A stretch of DNA of 64,000 nt from a virus (taxonomy: Duplodnaviria > Caudoviricetes), in the IMG/VR virus record IMGVR_UViG_3300021255_001555, positions 6,845 through 70,844 of that record. The stretch is one strand, 5' to 3'. The first letter of the stretch is position 1; every line of letters begins with the position of its first letter. Below, one piece after another: positions 60,901 through 64,000 of the stretch. A model generated the notes under the pieces. It searched no databases. It was not told the DNA's origin and worked only from the letters and a program-made list of their open reading frames with translations. Made by a program: the position numbers and the translations under genes.

Positions 60901-63368
60901 CTTGGAAGTTACTGATTAAAAGGAGTGATAGATAATGAAAACAGTAAATATATATAACTTTGCAGAGTTATCCGACGATGCAAAAAAGAAAGCTATTGGT
61001 AATTATCGTACAACATATGGTTTCAGTGCATTTGAATTGGAAGATTATATGGACAATGAGTTTGCAGATAGACTCGGAACATTAACAAATGAGTTCGGGT
61101 ATAATTATAGTCTTAGTCATTGTCAGGGTGACGGTGTTTGCTTCTTTGGAGAAATTATTGGTAGTGATTTATATGCGTTAGCCAAACTTGTGTACAACGG
61201 TAACACGCCAAACAATATTGAGGAAGCAATAAAAAATGAAATGATAGATAAAGTTTCTTTTGACAAAGTAAATACTCATTATTGTCATAAGTACACAGTA
61301 GAAATTACAGTTCACTATCCATTAGATGTTGATGAGGAACTATCAGATAATGATTGTAATGCTATCATAAACTTTCAGAAAGCGATAACTGATTGGTATA
61401 GAGATACGTGTGATGAACTGGAGCACGGCGGTTATGATACCATTGAAAGACTTCAGAGTGATGATTTCATTGCTACTACATTAAGTGATGACGATGTTGA
61501 ACATTATCTTGCCGACGGAACAAAGGTGTTATAAGGAGGAATTACTATGGGATTAGATATGTGGACAATGCTTGCAAAGAAAAGACATGAAAATACAAAG
61601 GCTACCTATGAAGACAGAGAGAAATTCACTGCCGATTGGTATGTAGAAGACGATGAGCATCACTATTGGCGTAAGAATCGTCATTTAAACAACTGGATGG
61701 CACAGAAATACTATAACCTCGGTGGTATAAGTGATGATTTTAATTGCTGTTACCTTGTTCTTACAGTGTATGATCTTAAAGAACTTCAGAATGATATAGA
61801 AAATGACACCGTTAAACAGATGGGTGAACATGGTTTCTTCTGGGGCGATGGAGATTATACATACAAAGAAACAGATTTGAAATTCTGCAAGGATGCCATG
61901 GCTGAGCTTGAAGAACTCGGAGATAACTATGCAATAATCTATACAAACTGGTGGTAAGAAGGAGGGATTGTAATGTATAGCTTAGACGCATTATCTAAAG
62001 ATATTCATACTGTTTCCAAGGCAACTTGTAAACTTGTACTAGGTACTAACTCTGCTAATTCATTGCTTGTTCATATAAAAAACTATAAAAATCTCCTAAA
62101 AGAATTCGAGGAGAACAATGAAATTGTTGACATCTGTGTTTACCGTGACCTTTTCGAGGACCATGATGATGACGACAAGCCCATGTATTATGACAACCTC
62201 ATGTATATCGGTGTAAGAAAAAGTGATGTTATTGAATGGCTGAGAGGAGATGACTTCGACGAATTTATGCAGGAATACACCGCTGATGACACAGATGGTC
62301 TTGTACAATACCTGCATGAAAATAACAAACCAATTTTGTTTGAAGATTTATCTTGAAAATCAATTTTAAACCGTGAAAACATATGAAGGCTAGCGATTTT
62401 CAATGTATGAACATGGACACACGATAGTTTATATTAGTCCAAAATTATCGATGTTGAAAATCGCTTCCTTTAAGAATTTTGGAGGGATAAAAAATGAAAC
62501 ATACAATAGATTACAAAGAGCGTGTTGAGATGGTTAGAGCTATGGATTTAATAGCACGGAATATCAATGATGAAGATGTATTTGACTATTGGTTAGCTTG
62601 TGGCGTTGCTGATGGTGATATAACGGAGAATACCACTGATAAAGATTTAAAATACTATTGCAATGACAATAGTTTCCGTGATTTGATGGACTGCTTCTTA
62701 GTGTGTATGAAAAATGCTTATAAGTCAGGTGGTTTATACTGTGACCATGTTGTAACTAAGGAGGTATAATTATGTTTACTATATATATTAACTCTTTTGA
62801 TTTAAGAAGAATCATAAAGACTATCAAGGAAAAACCTGCTTTTAGCGGCGGTTATCTGTTTAGAGCCACAAGTGAGCCAATGCGAATAAACGATGAAACT
62901 TTTGTGGCAACACTGGACCTCATTGAACTCAGGGAAATGTGCTGTAGAGTTGCGTTGATAGGACGTGGCTGTATCGTAACAAAAGGTGTTGATGTTCCAC
63001 TGAGAGACCTCGAATTCCTGCTTAATAACAAGTATGGAGAGGAAGTTGATAACACTAAAATTACAGTGAAGGTCGGCGATTACAATGTAACTATTGAGAA
63101 ATACGATGTGGCAGAATATGAAGAACCTTGTCCACATTGTGGTGCTACGGTACTCGGTGTTACTGATAGCTCTCTCATTGCTACCTGCCCTGAGTGCGGT
63201 AAGGAGATAATGATTTGTTCTTTTTGTCCTACGCATTGTGGTGAGAGCGATAAAAAAATCTGTGAATCTTGTATGTTCTGTGGTATGGATTGTACCTTTG
63301 CTTGTAACGGTAATACTGGCGAAGGATGCCATATGAAACTCCGGGTAAAAAACATTAAGACATTCTAG
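57962..63368 (+). CDS. run of about 15 small early hypothetical genes (57962-58231, 58215-58511, 58550-58918, 58931-59119, 59122-59403, 59407-59982, 59996-60184, 60186-60362, 60364-60603, 60605-60919, 60935-61534, 61547-61957, 61973-62356, 62494-62769, 62772-63368)
   Basis: Co-directional with RBSs; recurring phage-type motifs (MGLD..YWRK; Y.F.ELS.DAKKKA; FWDDF.IAD); the last has Cys-rich zinc ribbons. Confidence 0.7.
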
Positions 63369-63383
63369 TAAAAAAGGAAAATG

Positions 63384-63415
63384 CCCTCCTACGTAGTATA
63401 TTATACGTAGGAGGG
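63384..63415. repeat. perfect 12-8-12 inverted repeat (terminator, translational hairpin or recombination site)
   Basis: CCCTCCTACGTA-GTATATTA-TACGTAGGAGGG. Confidence 0.75.
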
Positions 63416-63421
63416 ATAGTT

Positions 63422-64000
63422 GTGAATCAAATGTCGGACGATTTAATTGAATTGCGAAAAATCTTTTTCCAGTTTTATGATATATATAAAGCCAATACAA
63501 TAAAACCTGTTAATGAAAAAGAAGAACTTGTATTCGATGGATTAAATTTATATTTTAGCAAATTAAATCCTTCAATAGAACTAAATAATGATGAAGTTTA
63601 TAATTATTTTAGTGCTATTTTGCCTGTTCTACATAAATTAGGCAATCAGTATAAAGAAAAGTACATAAATGCTAATAATGAATATAAGAAAACATCAAGT
63701 GAATTATTCCATCTAGGTAGAAAAACAGGAAAAAAGGTTAGTATATATAATGAGCCTTTAAAGAGTTTAAAAGATAAACGGGATAGGTATGAAAAAATAA
63801 CAGAAGCAATTAAAGTATTGCTATCTGAAAACAATGGATTACCTGAGTTTATCCTTAAGTATAGTTATTCAGAAATAGACGAAGTAGATTATCAGAATTT
63901 TTTTATATATGTAAATGAAGTACCATGTAAACGTGATGGACATAAACATGAACGTATATATGCAGGAATACCTATACTCTCCTTCGATGGCGAAAGAACA
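63422..64000 (+). CDS. AT-rich hypothetical protein, runs off the window edge
   Basis: Open frame from GTG 63422 / ATG 63431 to the end; GGAGGG RBS; not in the ORF track. Confidence 0.65.
   Translation, partial: MNQMSDDLIELRKIFFQFYDIYKANTIKPVNEKEELVFDGLNLYFSKLNPSIELNNDEVYNYFSAILPVLHKLGNQYKEKYINANNEYKKTSSELFHLGRKTGKKVSIYNEPLKSLKDKRDRYEKITEAIKVLLSENNGLPEFILKYSYSEIDEVDYQNFFIYVNEVPCKRDGHKHERIYAGIPILSFDGERT

Noticed and set aside
62802-63500. 232-aa minus-strand ORF
   Set aside because: Antisense to an RBS-supported plus-strand gene; crosses the hairpin; no recognisable motif

Overview
The whole window is part of a large temperate siphovirus-type phage genome. The host is probably a Firmicute, possibly a diderm Negativicute (inference). 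Both arms of an attP-like site are present, so it appears to be the non-integrated form. Left to right: replication and nucleotide module on the minus strand (PD-(D/E)XK nuclease, primase-helicase fusion, RNA ligase, T7 gp2.5-like SSB); lysogeny module (two XRE repressors, an Xis/Cro-like gene, tyrosine integrase, attP); intein-containing DnaE, DNA methylase, BRO antirepressor and ThyX; lysis and tail-tip genes; HU; a 1.2 kb non-coding RNA island; the head-tail module; then a plus-strand cluster of small early genes with a second tyrosine recombinase. Main findings: (1) a group I intron splits the tape measure gene and carries a small membrane-protein ORF instead of a homing endonuclease; (2) a ~594-nt element closed by a perfect 24-bp stem next to tRNA genes is a candidate ROOL-class giant ncRNA, alongside a tRNA-Met(CAT) and an anticodon-less tRNA-like RNA; (3) two CTAT-rich non-coding blocks ~20 kb apart share an inverted 46-48 bp element and a three-copy late-promoter-like motif; (4) a lysis-cassette protein looks like a one-piece spanin with a C-terminal beta-barrel signal. 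All calls come from reading motifs by eye; no searches or folding programs were run. Several starts were moved from the ORF track to RBS-supported codons.
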